The notes: generated from the letters alone by a model not told the origin. A stretch of 64,000 nucleotides of DNA from an uncultured Flavobacteriaceae bacterium (GCA_963700435.1 CAVOXM010000006.1:224683-288682), one strand, 5' to 3'. Positions 9,194 to 20,195 are shown, numbered from the stretch's first letter. Numbers and translations are program-made.

Positions 9194-10666
9194 TTATCGG
9201 CTATAGTTGGGCGATTCGTTGGTAATGGTCACATCATGGGGATGGCTTTCATTGATCCCGCTGGCCGTGATCTTCACAAAACGCCCAGTTCGCTGCAAGG
9301 TTGCGATATCTTTGGCGCCACAATACCCCATTCCGGCACGAAGCCCCCCCACGAATTGATGGATGCTCTCATACAAATCGCCTTTATAGGGGACGCGTCC
9401 AACTATCCCTTCGGGCACCAATTTTTTGATATCATCCTCCACGTCCTGGAAGTAACGGTCTTTACTGCCTTCCTTCATGGCCTCCACCGATCCCATCCCT
9501 CGATATGACTTGAATTTTCGTCCCTCGTAGATAATCGTTTCCCCAGGGGATTCTTTGGTTCCGGCCAACAGCGATCCAAGCATTACGGTATCGGCTCCCG
9601 CTGCGAGTGCTTTGGGGATGTCGCCGGTGTAACGGATGCCCCCATCGGCGATGACGGGAACCCCGCTGCCCTGTATCGCGGCAGCTACCTCCAGCACCGC
9701 CGAGAATTGGGGAAAGCCCACCCCGGCAACCACGCGTGTGGTACAGATCGACCCCGGTCCGATGCCTACCTTGACGGCATCGGCTCCGGCAGCGACCAAG
9801 TATTTGGCCGCCTCCCCTGTGGCAATGTTGCCCACGATGACCTCCAGGTCGGGAAATTTTCCCTTCACCTCCTTAAGGATGCCCACGACCCCTTTGGTAT
9901 GGCCATGTGCCGTATCGATGACCACGGCATCCACGCCGGCGGCTACCAGAGCCTCTGCCCGTTCAAGGGCATCGGAGGTGACCCCGATGGCGGCAGCCAC
10001 CCTTAAGCGTCCGTATTGGTCTTTATTGGCGTTGGGTTTTTGGGTGAGTTTGGTAATATCGCGAAAGGTGATCAAGCCTACCAATTTGTAGTCCTTATCG
10101 ACCACAGGCAATTTCTCGATCTTATTTTCCTGCAGGATGCCCTCTGCCTGCTCCAAGGAAGTGCCCTCGCTTACGGTGACCAAATTTTTGCTGGTCATCA
10201 CCTCGGCGATGGGGCGCTGGTTGTTTTTTTCAAATCGCAGGTCCCTATTGGTTACGATCCCGATCAGTTTTCCACTATTATCGACTATCGGGATGCCACC
10301 GATACTGAATTCGGCCATATTGGCCTTGGCATCCTTCACCAGGGCTGAGGTGGGCAGTGTGACGGGATCGATGATCATCCCGCTTTCGGCCCTTTTTACC
10401 TTGCGCACCTTCATGGCTTGCTGTTCAATCGACATGTTTTTGTGCAATACCCCTATGCCGCCCTCTTGGGCCATGGCGATGGCCATACGCGATTCGGTCA
10501 CCGTATCCATGGCCGCTGATACGATGGGCACGTTGATGACAATGTTCCTTGTGAATTTGGATTGGATGTTGACCTCTCGGGGCAGTACCTCGGAAAAAGC
10601 GGGGACCAAGAGCACGTCGTCGTAGGTGAGACCTTCGCCGACAATTTTATTTAGGTGGGCTTGCAT
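9194..10666 (-). CDS. guaB: IMP dehydrogenase
   Basis: [11 protein letters not shown], a CBS pair, [19 protein letters not shown]. Promoter TACATTTG at 10690-10697. Confidence 0.98.
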   Translation of the reverse strand: MQAHLNKIVGEGLTYDDVLLVPAFSEVLPREVNIQSKFTRNIVINVPIVSAAMDTVTESRMAIAMAQEGGIGVLHKNMSIEQQAMKVRKVKRAESGMIIDPVTLPTSALVKDAKANMAEFSIGGIPIVDNSGKLIGIVTNRDLRFEKNNQRPIAEVMTSKNLVTVSEGTSLEQAEGILQENKIEKLPVVDKDYKLVGLITFRDITKLTQKPNANKDQYGRLRVAAAIGVTSDALERAEALVAAGVDAVVIDTAHGHTKGVVGILKEVKGKFPDLEVIVGNIATGEAAKYLVAAGADAVKVGIGPGSICTTRVVAGVGFPQFSAVLEVAAAIQGSGVPVIADGGIRYTGDIPKALAAGADTVMLGSLLAGTKESPGETIIYEGRKFKSYRGMGSVEAMKEGSKDRYFQDVEDDIKKLVPEGIVGRVPYKGDLYESIHQFVGGLRAGMGYCGAKDIATLQRTGRFVKITASGINESHPHDVTITNESPNYSR

Positions 10667-10819
10667 GGCAATTATCGATTAATTGCGTGCAAATGTATGG
10701 ATTTTAATTGGGATTCCCCTTGGCGCCAACTTTAGAATATTGCTGATTTCATCTGTTGGCCGTGAATACAAATGATTACAGCCTTGGTTCTCCCTTCTGA
10801 AAGGATATTAGGTTGAAAA

Positions 10820-10908
10820 TTATTTTTATTTATTCTAAATAAGCTTTGCATATTTCAAAAAGCCGATTAATTTTGCGCCAACCTATTATTCTTAATCAGT
10901 CTAAATAA
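10820..10908 (+). promoter_or_regulatory. Promoter (TTTG 10845-48 / TAATTTTG 10868-75) flanked by two 23-bp Fur-like boxes
   Basis: TTATTTTTATTTATTCTAAATAA (10820-42) and TTATTCTTAATCAGTCTAAATAA (10886-908), upstream of an iron-type TonB-dependent transporter. Confidence 0.6.
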
Positions 10909-13128
10909 ATGAAATACCCGATACTGTTACTGGCCATGGCGGCCCTCCTCGATTTAAAGGCGCAGTCGTTTCCCCAACCGCAAGACTCAACCCTGATAGA
11001 ACTAAATGAGGTGGTCATCTCGGCGAACACGATCTTGGGCAGCAAGTTCCAAGCCAAAAACCGAACTGGATCTGCCTATTATATTTCCCCTCAAGAATTG
11101 AAAAAATTCAACAACACCGACATCAACCGGGTCCTTAGAACCGTACCGGGGGTGAATATTTATGAAGAGGATGGCTTCGGACTTCGCCCCAATATCAGTT
11201 TAAGGGGAACTTCGCCGGAACGCAGCTCCAAAATCACCCTTATGGAAGATGGTGTCCTTATCGCTCCTGCTCCATACAGTGCCCCGGCCGCTTATTATTT
11301 TCCATCCGTTGCGAGAATGGCCGCCGTGGAAATCCTGAAGGGCAGCAGCCAAATACAATATGGTCCGTTTACAACGGGAGGCGCCATCAATATGCTCTCC
11401 ACCCCCATTCCCGAAACTTTAAATGCCGAAGTCATTGCAGGCTATGGAAGTTTCAACAGCAGCAGACTCCAAGCGGTTATCGGAGACAGCAGAGAGTACT
11501 TTGGCTATTCGGTGTCTTACCTCAACTTTGATTCCGATGGTTTTAAATATATCGGTCAAGAAAACAATACCGGATTTGATAAAAACGACCTGGTGGCCAA
11601 ATTTCGGGTGAATTCCCTTGAAAATCAACCGACCTATCAGGCTTTCGAGGTCAAATTTCAATATGCCGATGAAATATCGAATGAAACCTATCTTGGGCTC
11701 ACGGAAACAGATTTTGAACAGACTCCTTTCAGACGGTATGAAGCTTCACAAAAAGATCAAATGAAGAACGACCACATTCAAGTCATGGCCACGCACTTCC
11801 TGAAAGTCAATACTTCGTTTACAATGACCACTTCTGGCTATTTTAACGGATTTAGCAGAAACTGGTACAAATTGGATTATCTGATCCTAAACGACCAAAA
11901 ACAAGGCCTTGCCAATATTTTGAACGACCCCGTCGGCCTTTCCACTTTTTATCAAACCTTGAACGGAACGAACAACAGCCCCGATAATGCCCTGTTCGTT
12001 AAAGCCAACAACCGGGAATATACCTCCAAAGGCCTTCAGTCCAAATTGGATTACCGTTGGGGAGACAACAAAGCTTTTCATGAAATCGAAATTGGTATCA
12101 GATATCATTTGGATGAGGAAGATCGATTTCAATGGGTAGATGGCTATAACATCATCGAGGGTACAATGAACCTGACCAGTGCCGGGACACCCGGAACAGA
12201 CGCCAATAGGATAAGCGATGCCAAGGCATTGGCAACCTATGCCGCCTATAAACTGAAATATAACGACCTAACCTTGACGCCTGGCCTGCGCTATGAGGAC
12301 ATTGCACTGGGCAGAAAAGATTATGGGGTCAACGACGTGAGCCGAAGCGGACAGAACCTTGCCGAACGGGAAAACAGGGTGCGCGTTTTTATGCCTGGAA
12401 TGGGTTTTAACTACAATTTCGATAACCTATCGCTTTTTGGCGGCCTGCACAAAGGATTCTCGCCCCCTTCGAACCAAGTAGGTCAAAAAGCGGAGCAAAG
12501 CGTGAACTATGAATTGGGTTCCCGATTTAGCTGGGACGGATTTTCAGGCGAAATCGTTGCCTTTTACAACGATTACAGCAACCTGTTGGGGAGCGACCTT
12601 GCCGCTACGGGCGGTACGGGAAGCCTTGAACAGTTCAACGCGGGGGAGGTTAATGTGAGCGGCATGGAAATGCTTTTCAATTATGATTTCCTGAAACGGG
12701 ATACGAAATTTTCCCTACCCCTTACGGTGGGCTATACTTATACCGATACGGAGTTCCTTAACAGTTTCGGAAGTGCGGACGATCTGTGGGGCACGGTTAC
12801 CGTTGGTGACGAACTACCCTACATTTCCAAACACCAATTCAATATGGCCGTAACCCTGGAACATCAAAAATTTGAAATCAACTTGAACGGACGCTTCAAC
12901 GGAAAATTCCGGACCCAAGCGGGTTCAGGCCCAATCCCTCCGGAAGAATTGGTGGCTTCCAATTTCATCATTGATTTATCGGGAAAGTACCGTTATAGCA
13001 ATAACCTTAGTTTTACCGCGAATATCATCAATGTACTGGATGAATCCTATGCGGTTGCAAGGGTACCTGCCGGACTTCGTCCCGGGCATCCTTTTGGCAT
13101 CTATGCGGGAATTGCCCTGAATTACTGA
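10909..13128 (+). CDS. TonB-dependent receptor, FecA-like (iron)
   Basis: Signal peptide, LNEVVISA TonB box, plug motif EEDGFGLRPNISLRG..RSSKITLMEDG, C-terminal aromatic residue. Confidence 0.92.
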   Translation: MKYPILLLAMAALLDLKAQSFPQPQDSTLIELNEVVISANTILGSKFQAKNRTGSAYYISPQELKKFNNTDINRVLRTVPGVNIYEEDGFGLRPNISLRGTSPERSSKITLMEDGVLIAPAPYSAPAAYYFPSVARMAAVEILKGSSQIQYGPFTTGGAINMLSTPIPETLNAEVIAGYGSFNSSRLQAVIGDSREYFGYSVSYLNFDSDGFKYIGQENNTGFDKNDLVAKFRVNSLENQPTYQAFEVKFQYADEISNETYLGLTETDFEQTPFRRYEASQKDQMKNDHIQVMATHFLKVNTSFTMTTSGYFNGFSRNWYKLDYLILNDQKQGLANILNDPVGLSTFYQTLNGTNNSPDNALFVKANNREYTSKGLQSKLDYRWGDNKAFHEIEIGIRYHLDEEDRFQWVDGYNIIEGTMNLTSAGTPGTDANRISDAKALATYAAYKLKYNDLTLTPGLRYEDIALGRKDYGVNDVSRSGQNLAERENRVRVFMPGMGFNYNFDNLSLFGGLHKGFSPPSNQVGQKAEQSVNYELGSRFSWDGFSGEIVAFYNDYSNLLGSDLAATGGTGSLEQFNAGEVNVSGMEMLFNYDFLKRDTKFSLPLTVGYTYTDTEFLNSFGSADDLWGTVTVGDELPYISKHQFNMAVTLEHQKFEINLNGRFNGKFRTQAGSGPIPPEELVASNFIIDLSGKYRYSNNLSFTANIINVLDESYAVARVPAGLRPGHPFGIYAGIALNY

Positions 13129-13166
13129 GATCAAGGCCCACAAAGTTGAAGGACAATTCCAGGATA

Positions 13167-16028
13167 TTATTTGGCCAACAAGGAATCAAGCAATGTCAGC
13201 GGGCCGGTATCCTCTTTGGTCAACCGCTTTTTCAATGCTTTTAATGCAATATCGGAAGCTTTGTTGTTCAAGGCGGCGACCCTGTGCATCGCAAAACTCA
13301 AAAAATGGGGATCCTTGGCAAGTTCAGCCATGCGCAGCAAACGATCGGCATCCAAGGTTGCCAGAGGTTCCATGGCATACCAAAGCATCAGCGGAATATT
13401 GTGGTCTTCAAAATCTTCCGGATGCCCTACAAGGGCAGTGAGCACCTCCCACCGCTGGCCTAGGGCCAATCTTTGCATAGCAGCTGCCAGATACAGCCGT
13501 ACCAAGGCCGATCTGTCCTTGTTGGCCATTTCAACAAAACGCTGCAAACTGGTCTTGGATACATTTTTATCCTCTGCCAACAGTTGCACCGCCCAACTCC
13601 TGATGTATTCGTCCCCATTTCCCAAAAGATCGTTCAAGTCCGTTTCGCTGAGTCCGCCCGTCACGTGAAGCGCCCATAATGCCCTTAATTTACGGGGCAC
13701 ATCGGGATGGTTCGCCAAAATTTCTTTCAGCGCCCTATGCACCTCAGGGTTGGGACCGCGCTCCTGAAGGATGGTACGTGCCTGTCGCACATACCACTCG
13801 TTCGGATTCAATTGATAATTCACCAATTCCATATCCGAAGCCTGAGAAAGATCGACCCGTACCCAGGTATCGTTCTTGTGGCTTATCTTAAAGATGCGGC
13901 CCAAGGTTTTGTCGTGCACATCGGGATTGGGGCTGTGACATTGGTTTTTGTCGTACCAATCGATGGCGAAAACCGACCCACTGGGGCCATATTTCATGTT
14001 GAGCCATTGCGACCACGAGTCGTTCATCAAGATAAAATCTTTGTTGTGCGATGCGATATAACCCGAGCCCGACCGGGATAGTTGGTCATTGTTGAGTCTA
14101 GACCCATTGATGTTGTTCATAAAAATCGAGTTCCGGTATGCTTCGGGCCAGGAATCGCCACCCAGATAAATCATGGCCCCGGCATGTGCATGTCCGCCCC
14201 CGGCCGCAGCCGATCTAAAATTACCCGCATGCGGACCTCGATCGCCCAACCAGTGGACATGATCGCCAATGGTTTTGATATCATCGTAGGTATACGGATT
14301 GAAATGTTCGCCTGCCTGTCGTTCAAAGCGGGCCCCCTGGACGATATTGAACATATGGGGTATGACGCATACCGTGATGAACGCATGACCAAAATCATTG
14401 AAATCGATGCCCCAAGGATTACTGGTACCTTCGGCAAAAACTTCAAACCGTTTTTTGGTGGGATGGTATCGCCATACCCCGGCGTTCATTCCGGTGCGCT
14501 GCCCATCGGCAGCCCCGGGCTTGCCGATATTCGAATGGGTGAATACTCCTTGTAAGCCATATAGCCAACCATCCGGGCCCCATCTGAGGTTGTTGAGCAC
14601 CTCGTGGGTATCATCCAGGCCCCAACCATCCAAGAGTTTTTGGGGCGGTCCTGCGGGTTTGTCCTTCTCGGCATCTATAGGTATGTACAGCAAGTACGGG
14701 GCCGCACAGAGCCATACACCTCCCATCCCAACCTCGATGCCACTGATAAGGTTAAGACCTTCGGCAAAAATTTTTCTGTTGTCCAAGGTACCGTTGCCAT
14801 CGGTATCCTCAAAAATAAGGATGCGGTCTTTACCCGCGCCTTCCGCGGCGGGCACCGGATAGGTATGTGCTTCGACTACCCACAGCCTCCCCCGTGAATC
14901 GATCGTAAAACTGATGGGGCGAACGACATCGGGTTCGGCAGCGGCAAGGGTAATCTTAAAATCGGGGGGCATTGCCATGGCATTGGCGGCGTCCTTCCCG
15001 GAAAGTCCGGAATTTATTATAGGATCCAAGGGCGGCAGCACGATGATATCGTCTTGATTCAGTTCATTGGGAAAATAAGGTCGGCCGGGGTAGAACAAAA
15101 AATCATCAAAACTGATGTGTGCCCATTGATCATCCCCGATATAGGGAATCGGCGATATCCCGGTCTCATTGTCGACGATACGAACAAAGATTTCCTTTCC
15201 CAAAAATGGGGCCATGTCGATAACGACGGGTTGCATTGTGGCACGGCCTTGCCCTGTGGACTTAAAAATGACCTCATTGTTGTCGGCCAGCACAACCTCA
15301 ACACGTGTGTCTGCCAAGGCACCGCCCGAGATCTTAAAAGACGCAAACGGTTGGCTTACCTCAAAGGGAATGGAGGTGAGCGTGCCTTTTCGTTGATAAT
15401 CCTTGGTGCCACCACTGCTCAGGTAATAATCCCCATCAAATCCAACGGTCACGCCCTCCTCATAGACTGCGGAAGAAATGCTATAGGGATTTTTAAAGGC
15501 GTCCCCGCTAGCCGTCCAGTCGATCAGGGTACCCCTTTCAAAACCCAGGTTCAGGGGTCTTCCATTCTTCCAGGGCACTTTGCCCTCAACCACCGGACCT
15601 GCAAGGTTGCCCTCAACAATTTCAAACCTGCCCACCATGCCTGCAGCCCTATGACCCGGAACCGTGCAATAATAGGTATCGTCGTTTTCTGCCCAAAATG
15701 TGATGCTGGTCGTTGATCCCTTTTCGAGCAAGGTGCCGCTTTTGATCTCCAATTTTTCCATGGCGATATCATGGGTCATGGTTTCCCCATTTATAATGGT
15801 AATGCGCACACGATCCCCTTTGTTGGCCCTTAAAATAGGGTTTCTGGTACCATCGGTGGCAAAATAGCCCAGCATGCTGGCTTCAAGTGCATATTCACGA
15901 TCTATGATCGTGGAATCGCGCAATTGGTTTTCGGAGGAATCCTCCTTTATCGTTGGCCTGCAGCGGATGAATGCACTTAAGAGGATCAAAAACAGACAGC
16001 CAAAGGCAATTGAACGGTATTTTTTCAT
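13167..16028 (-). CDS. Lipoprotein: cupredoxin + CBM-like domain + PVC-type membrane-bound dehydrogenase propeller + HEAT-like repeats
   Basis: Lipoprotein-type signal ending SAFIRC; type-1 Cu ligands H..YYCTVPGHRAAGM; TIGR02604-like AAEPDVVRPISFTIDSRGRLWVVE and NNLRWGPDGWLYG; no CxxCH. Confidence 0.85.
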   Translation of the reverse strand: MKKYRSIAFGCLFLILLSAFIRCRPTIKEDSSENQLRDSTIIDREYALEASMLGYFATDGTRNPILRANKGDRVRITIINGETMTHDIAMEKLEIKSGTLLEKGSTTSITFWAENDDTYYCTVPGHRAAGMVGRFEIVEGNLAGPVVEGKVPWKNGRPLNLGFERGTLIDWTASGDAFKNPYSISSAVYEEGVTVGFDGDYYLSSGGTKDYQRKGTLTSIPFEVSQPFASFKISGGALADTRVEVVLADNNEVIFKSTGQGRATMQPVVIDMAPFLGKEIFVRIVDNETGISPIPYIGDDQWAHISFDDFLFYPGRPYFPNELNQDDIIVLPPLDPIINSGLSGKDAANAMAMPPDFKITLAAAEPDVVRPISFTIDSRGRLWVVEAHTYPVPAAEGAGKDRILIFEDTDGNGTLDNRKIFAEGLNLISGIEVGMGGVWLCAAPYLLYIPIDAEKDKPAGPPQKLLDGWGLDDTHEVLNNLRWGPDGWLYGLQGVFTHSNIGKPGAADGQRTGMNAGVWRYHPTKKRFEVFAEGTSNPWGIDFNDFGHAFITVCVIPHMFNIVQGARFERQAGEHFNPYTYDDIKTIGDHVHWLGDRGPHAGNFRSAAAGGGHAHAGAMIYLGGDSWPEAYRNSIFMNNINGSRLNNDQLSRSGSGYIASHNKDFILMNDSWSQWLNMKYGPSGSVFAIDWYDKNQCHSPNPDVHDKTLGRIFKISHKNDTWVRVDLSQASDMELVNYQLNPNEWYVRQARTILQERGPNPEVHRALKEILANHPDVPRKLRALWALHVTGGLSETDLNDLLGNGDEYIRSWAVQLLAEDKNVSKTSLQRFVEMANKDRSALVRLYLAAAMQRLALGQRWEVLTALVGHPEDFEDHNIPLMLWYAMEPLATLDADRLLRMAELAKDPHFLSFAMHRVAALNNKASDIALKALKKRLTKEDTGPLTLLDSLLAK

Positions 16029-16081
16029 TTTGGTGGGTTGCGTTTTAGGCTTTTCATAAAAAATAATGAGCAATGCAATGT

Positions 16082-16717
16082 TTATTCGAGTTCTTCTATT
16101 CTGATCTCTTTAAAGTACACCTGTGCCTTGCCACCTCCATGGATCTGTAAACCAATAAGCCCGGATTGTGGGATACCGAGATCCGTTTCGGTATAGTCAA
16201 CGGTTTGATGGCCATTGATGTATAAACGTATCCTACGGTCTTCGGCCCTTATCTCATAATCGTTCCATTCATCGATTTTGATCCATTTCATGACCTGAAC
16301 GGAATCGGGAGCCATCAAGGTCTTGTTCCTGCGTGATTCATCGTAAAGGCTTGCCCAATACCCTTCGCCCCAATCTGCTTGATACCCGCTCATTTCGTAC
16401 TGTGGATCGACCAGTCGCGTACTTCGAAATTGAATCCCCGAATTGATGAACCCTTCGCTTCCGGTCAATTTTATCTTGAGCTTCAACACAAAATTGGAGT
16501 ATGGGCGATCTGTACAAAGGAAATCGTTGTTGGGAACCACATTCTTCAGCGAGCCCCCTAAGATGATGCCCTTTTCAATGCGCCAGGTACTGAGGGTATC
16601 GCCCTCCCATCCCTTAAACGTTTTACCGTTGAAAAGCGGTTTTGCCTGGCCCATGATCGGGGAATGACCTGATAACAACATCAACAACAGATTACAACTG
16701 ATCAGGAATGCTTTCAT
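16082..16717 (-). CDS. DUF1080 (3-keto-disaccharide hydrolase-like) exported protein
   Basis: Motifs LFNGKTFKGW, NFVLKLK, NSGIQFRS, GYQAD, EWNDYEI, GLIGLQIHG; signal peptide. Confidence 0.92.
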   Translation of the reverse strand: MKAFLISCNLLLMLLSGHSPIMGQAKPLFNGKTFKGWEGDTLSTWRIEKGIILGGSLKNVVPNNDFLCTDRPYSNFVLKLKIKLTGSEGFINSGIQFRSTRLVDPQYEMSGYQADWGEGYWASLYDESRRNKTLMAPDSVQVMKWIKIDEWNDYEIRAEDRRIRLYINGHQTVDYTETDLGIPQSGLIGLQIHGGGKAQVYFKEIRIEELE

Positions 16718-16954
16718 AGAGCGTATCTTTATATATATCCAACAAGAACAAAAAGTCCGGTAGCACGACACGACAATCCAAATGCAAGCACGGAAGTTGT
16801 TCGCGCCTGACCGCAGTCGCCCATCCGACCGTATTAAAAATAGAGATTAAATTCTGATTATCGGCACTGACCTTTGGCTTTCATACCCTTATAAGTGGAA
16901 AAGCCAACACTATAATTTGGGAAGGCTATAACAACAAATAAATGGGGTGGTGGA

Positions 16955-17821
16955 TCAAGAATACTTCGAAAACAAATCGCTTGCTTTGTTGAATGCCGCT
17001 TCAAAAGCCATCCATTTGACGCCTGTATCGACCTTTTTGGACGTAAAATAAGACAGCATTTTTTCGGTGGGCATATTTCCCGTAAGTTCATCCTTGGCCA
17101 TGGGGCAACCACCGAAACCCTGCACCGCACCATCATATCTTCGGCAGCCGGCAACGAAAGCGGCATCGACTTTTTCCTTCCATTTGCTGGGGGTGGTGTG
17201 CAGGTGCGCCCCAAACTCGATATCGGGGTATTGGGGAATCAGGTTTGAAAAAAGATAGGAGATGTTATCGGGAGTTGAGGTACCCACCGTATCGGAAAGC
17301 GATAGGATGCGGGCTCCCATTGCGGCCAATCGCTCTGTCCATTCCCCCACGACCTCCACACTCCATGGATCTCCATAAGGATTGCCAAAGCCCATCGAAA
17401 TATAGGTGACCACCTCTTTGCCCGCATCATTGGCCAAAAGGAATATTTCCCTCAAGGTCTCTACCGATTGGGCAATGGTGCTATGGGTATTCCGCATTTG
17501 AAAGTTTTCCGATATGGAAAAAGGGTATCCCAGGTAATCGATCGCCCCAAAACCGCAGGCATCTCGGGCACCGCGAACATTCGCCACGATCGCCAAAAGC
17601 TTGCTTTCGGTATGGGTCAAATCGAGTTGTGAAATGACTTCGGCCGTATCGGCCATTTGGGGTATGGCTCTGGGAGAGACGAAACTGCCGAAATCGATGG
17701 TATCAAAACCACAGCCCAGCAAAGCCTGCAGGTAAGCAACCTTTTGATCAGTGGGAATAAATGACTTTATGCCCTGCATGGCATCCCTTGGGCATTCTAT
17801 GATCTTGATCCTATCGGACAT
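16955..17821 (-). CDS. Hydroxymethylglutaryl-CoA lyase
   Basis: Motifs IIECPRDAMQG, SFVSPRAIPQMAD, LSLSDTVG, AHLH, GFGGCP, GNMPTE. Confidence 0.93.
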   Translation of the reverse strand: MSDRIKIIECPRDAMQGIKSFIPTDQKVAYLQALLGCGFDTIDFGSFVSPRAIPQMADTAEVISQLDLTHTESKLLAIVANVRGARDACGFGAIDYLGYPFSISENFQMRNTHSTIAQSVETLREIFLLANDAGKEVVTYISMGFGNPYGDPWSVEVVGEWTERLAAMGARILSLSDTVGTSTPDNISYLFSNLIPQYPDIEFGAHLHTTPSKWKEKVDAAFVAGCRRYDGAVQGFGGCPMAKDELTGNMPTEKMLSYFTSKKVDTGVKWMAFEAAFNKASDLFSKYS

Positions 17822-17853
17822 GTATACCGTTTTGTGCTACCTCAAAATTAGCA

Positions 17854-18480
17854 CTATTTATCTGATAATAACAGATAGGTTCCTATGCCGACAAAGACCA
17901 CGATTTGGAGCCATTTCAGAAATGTGCCTGCCCCTGAATGCCCTGAAAGGTATTTGGCGATGGAACCGCTTAGCACGGCTATCAAACTGAATACGATGGC
18001 GGAAACGAGCATAAAAAGCAGTCCTAAAATATAAAACTGCGCTATGGTCCCCATGGTGTTGCTGAAGAGAAAGCCAGGGAAAAATGCCAAAAAGAAAATG
18101 GTGACCTTAGGGTTCAGCACGTTCATGATAAACCCTTGTTTATAGAGCTGGCCCAGCCCCTTTTTCGGCAGTCGTTCAGAAGAGAGCTTGAGGGAAGCTT
18201 CGGAACGATAGACCTGGAAAGCCAAATAAAAGAGATAGAGCGCACCCAACAATTTAATGATGAAAAACAAATAAGGGTTTGCCTTGATCAAGGCGGATAC
18301 CCCGAAGGCCAATAGGGTGGTATGCACCAAACAGCCCGAAATCAAACCCGCAACCGTCGCCAAGCCGTACTGTTTACCGTTGGTGATGCTTTGCAGCAAC
18401 ACATAAATATTATCGGGGCCCGGGGAGATGGCAAGGGCCGCGGTGGCAAGCATGAAGGCGTAAAGGATATTATAGTCCAA
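17854..18480 (-). CDS. LysE family translocator
   Basis: Motifs ISPGPD, LGALYL, GFIMNVLNPK. Start approximate. Confidence 0.92.
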   Translation of the reverse strand: MDYNILYAFMLATAALAISPGPDNIYVLLQSITNGKQYGLATVAGLISGCLVHTTLLAFGVSALIKANPYLFFIIKLLGALYLFYLAFQVYRSEASLKLSSERLPKKGLGQLYKQGFIMNVLNPKVTIFFLAFFPGFLFSNTMGTIAQFYILGLLFMLVSAIVFSLIAVLSGSIAKYLSGHSGAGTFLKWLQIVVFVGIGTYLLLSDK

Positions 18481-18584
18481 CTTAGACGATTTAGGGCCAT
18501 TGGCCAATTTGTCGACCAGCAAATATGCAACAAAACCATGTGGAATGTATGGCTGTTTTTGTTATCTTCCGAAAAATTTTTAAA

Positions 18585-19010
18585 ATGAAACCGATCTATC
18601 TGGCCATTACCCTATTTGTGACTTTCTCTTCGTTAACACTGATCTCTTTCAATTCGAACGAACGTACACAAGAAAAAACCAACCTAACCATGCAAAAAGA
18701 CAGTGTTTTACGCCATGTCGTGCTTTTCAAGTTCAATGAGGGCTCCACCGCCGAGGACATTAAGGAGATTGAAATGGCCTTTAAGGCGCTTCCCTCCAAA
18801 ATTTCGGAAATAAAAGGATTGGAATGGGGCTTGAACAACAGTCCGGAAGGCCTCAATAAAGGTTTTACCCATTGCTTTTTTCTTACTTTCGACAGCGAAG
18901 AAGGTCGGGCCACGTATCTGCCACATCCAGACCACAAAGCCTTCGGCGCATTGCTGGGTCCGCATTTGGCCGATGTTTTGGTAGTCGATTATTGGGCTTC
19001 GGAAGAATAG
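18585..19010 (+). CDS. Dabb family (stress-responsive A/B barrel) protein with signal peptide
   Basis: Motifs LRHVVLFKF, GFTHCFFLTF, YLPHPDH, VVDYW. Confidence 0.92.
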   Translation: MKPIYLAITLFVTFSSLTLISFNSNERTQEKTNLTMQKDSVLRHVVLFKFNEGSTAEDIKEIEMAFKALPSKISEIKGLEWGLNNSPEGLNKGFTHCFFLTFDSEEGRATYLPHPDHKAFGALLGPHLADVLVVDYWASEE

Positions 19011-19059
19011 CGTTGGCAACAAACAGCTTGTCTTGTTGGGGTGCTTAAGCCAATACCCA

Positions 19060-20109
19060 TCAATGGAGCGTTGATGCCTCAAGTATGGCTTTGTTGATTT
19101 TTTTCACCAACCCGGGCCCTTCATATACAAAGCCCGTCCATATTTGTACCAAATCGGCACCGGCATGTAGTTTTTCGAGGGCATCTTCTGGAGAATGGAT
19201 ACCGCCCACGCCAATGATGGGAAACGATTTGCCGCTTTTTTCAGCGAGAAATCGAATGACTTCCGTACTCCTTACCCGCAGGGGTTTGCCACTCAGTCCC
19301 CCTTTTTCCTCAGTATTCACCAGATCCGATTTCAGATCGCGGCGCTCGATGGTGGTATTGGTAGCAATGACCCCGTCTATTTTGGTAAGCTGAACTATTT
19401 CGATGATATCGATCAATTGCCCATCACTAAGGTCTGGGGCTATTTTCAAGAGGATAGGCTTTTCAATGCCCGTTCCGAGGCGCGTTGCCACTTTGGTGTT
19501 CTCCTTTTTGAGCTCCATGAGCAGGCCCGTCAACGGTGCCTTATCCTGAAGCTCCCTCAGTCCGGGCGTGTTCGGGGAACTCACGTTGATTACAAAATAA
19601 TCGACATGTTCAAAAAGCGCATCAAAACAGATCAGATAATCTTTGATGGCATCCTCATTTGCGGTGTCTTTATTTTTTCCAATATTGCCCCCAATCAAGA
19701 CCCTATGTTTTTTCTTCAACCTTTCCACCGCATCAAAAACGCCAAGGTTGTTGAAGCCCATCCTGTTGATAATCGCTTTATCGGCACGAAGCCTGAACAG
19801 TCTTTTCTTTGGGTTTCCAATTTGTGGTTTTGGGGTCAGGGTCCCGATTTCGATAAACCCAAATCCAAAATCGCTCAACTCATTGTATAGTTTGGCGTCT
19901 TTATCAAAACCGGCGGCCAGTCCAACGGGATTAGGGAAGCGGATACCGAAAACTTCACGCTCCAATCTTTTATCGTGGATTACATAAAACTTTCGAAAAA
20001 GACCGGAAAAACCAATTTTTGAAATGATCTTAATGAGCCTAAAGCTAAAGTGGTGCACCCATTCCGCATCCAGTTGGAACAAGATTGGCCTTAGGATATA
20101 TTTGTACAT
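19060..20109 (-). CDS. pyrD: Quinone-dependent dihydroorotate dehydrogenase
   Basis: Motifs [40 protein letters not shown]. Confidence 0.97.
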   Translation of the reverse strand: MYKYILRPILFQLDAEWVHHFSFRLIKIISKIGFSGLFRKFYVIHDKRLEREVFGIRFPNPVGLAAGFDKDAKLYNELSDFGFGFIEIGTLTPKPQIGNPKKRLFRLRADKAIINRMGFNNLGVFDAVERLKKKHRVLIGGNIGKNKDTANEDAIKDYLICFDALFEHVDYFVINVSSPNTPGLRELQDKAPLTGLLMELKKENTKVATRLGTGIEKPILLKIAPDLSDGQLIDIIEIVQLTKIDGVIATNTTIERRDLKSDLVNTEEKGGLSGKPLRVRSTEVIRFLAEKSGKSFPIIGVGGIHSPEDALEKLHAGADLVQIWTGFVYEGPGLVKKINKAILEASTLH

Positions 20110-20195
20110 AAAAATTTAAAGATTTCGCCAAAAATACAAACTCGGCACGGGTATTTGGAAAGTCAACGGCTATTTTATCAACAGTGGAGCGTTAA

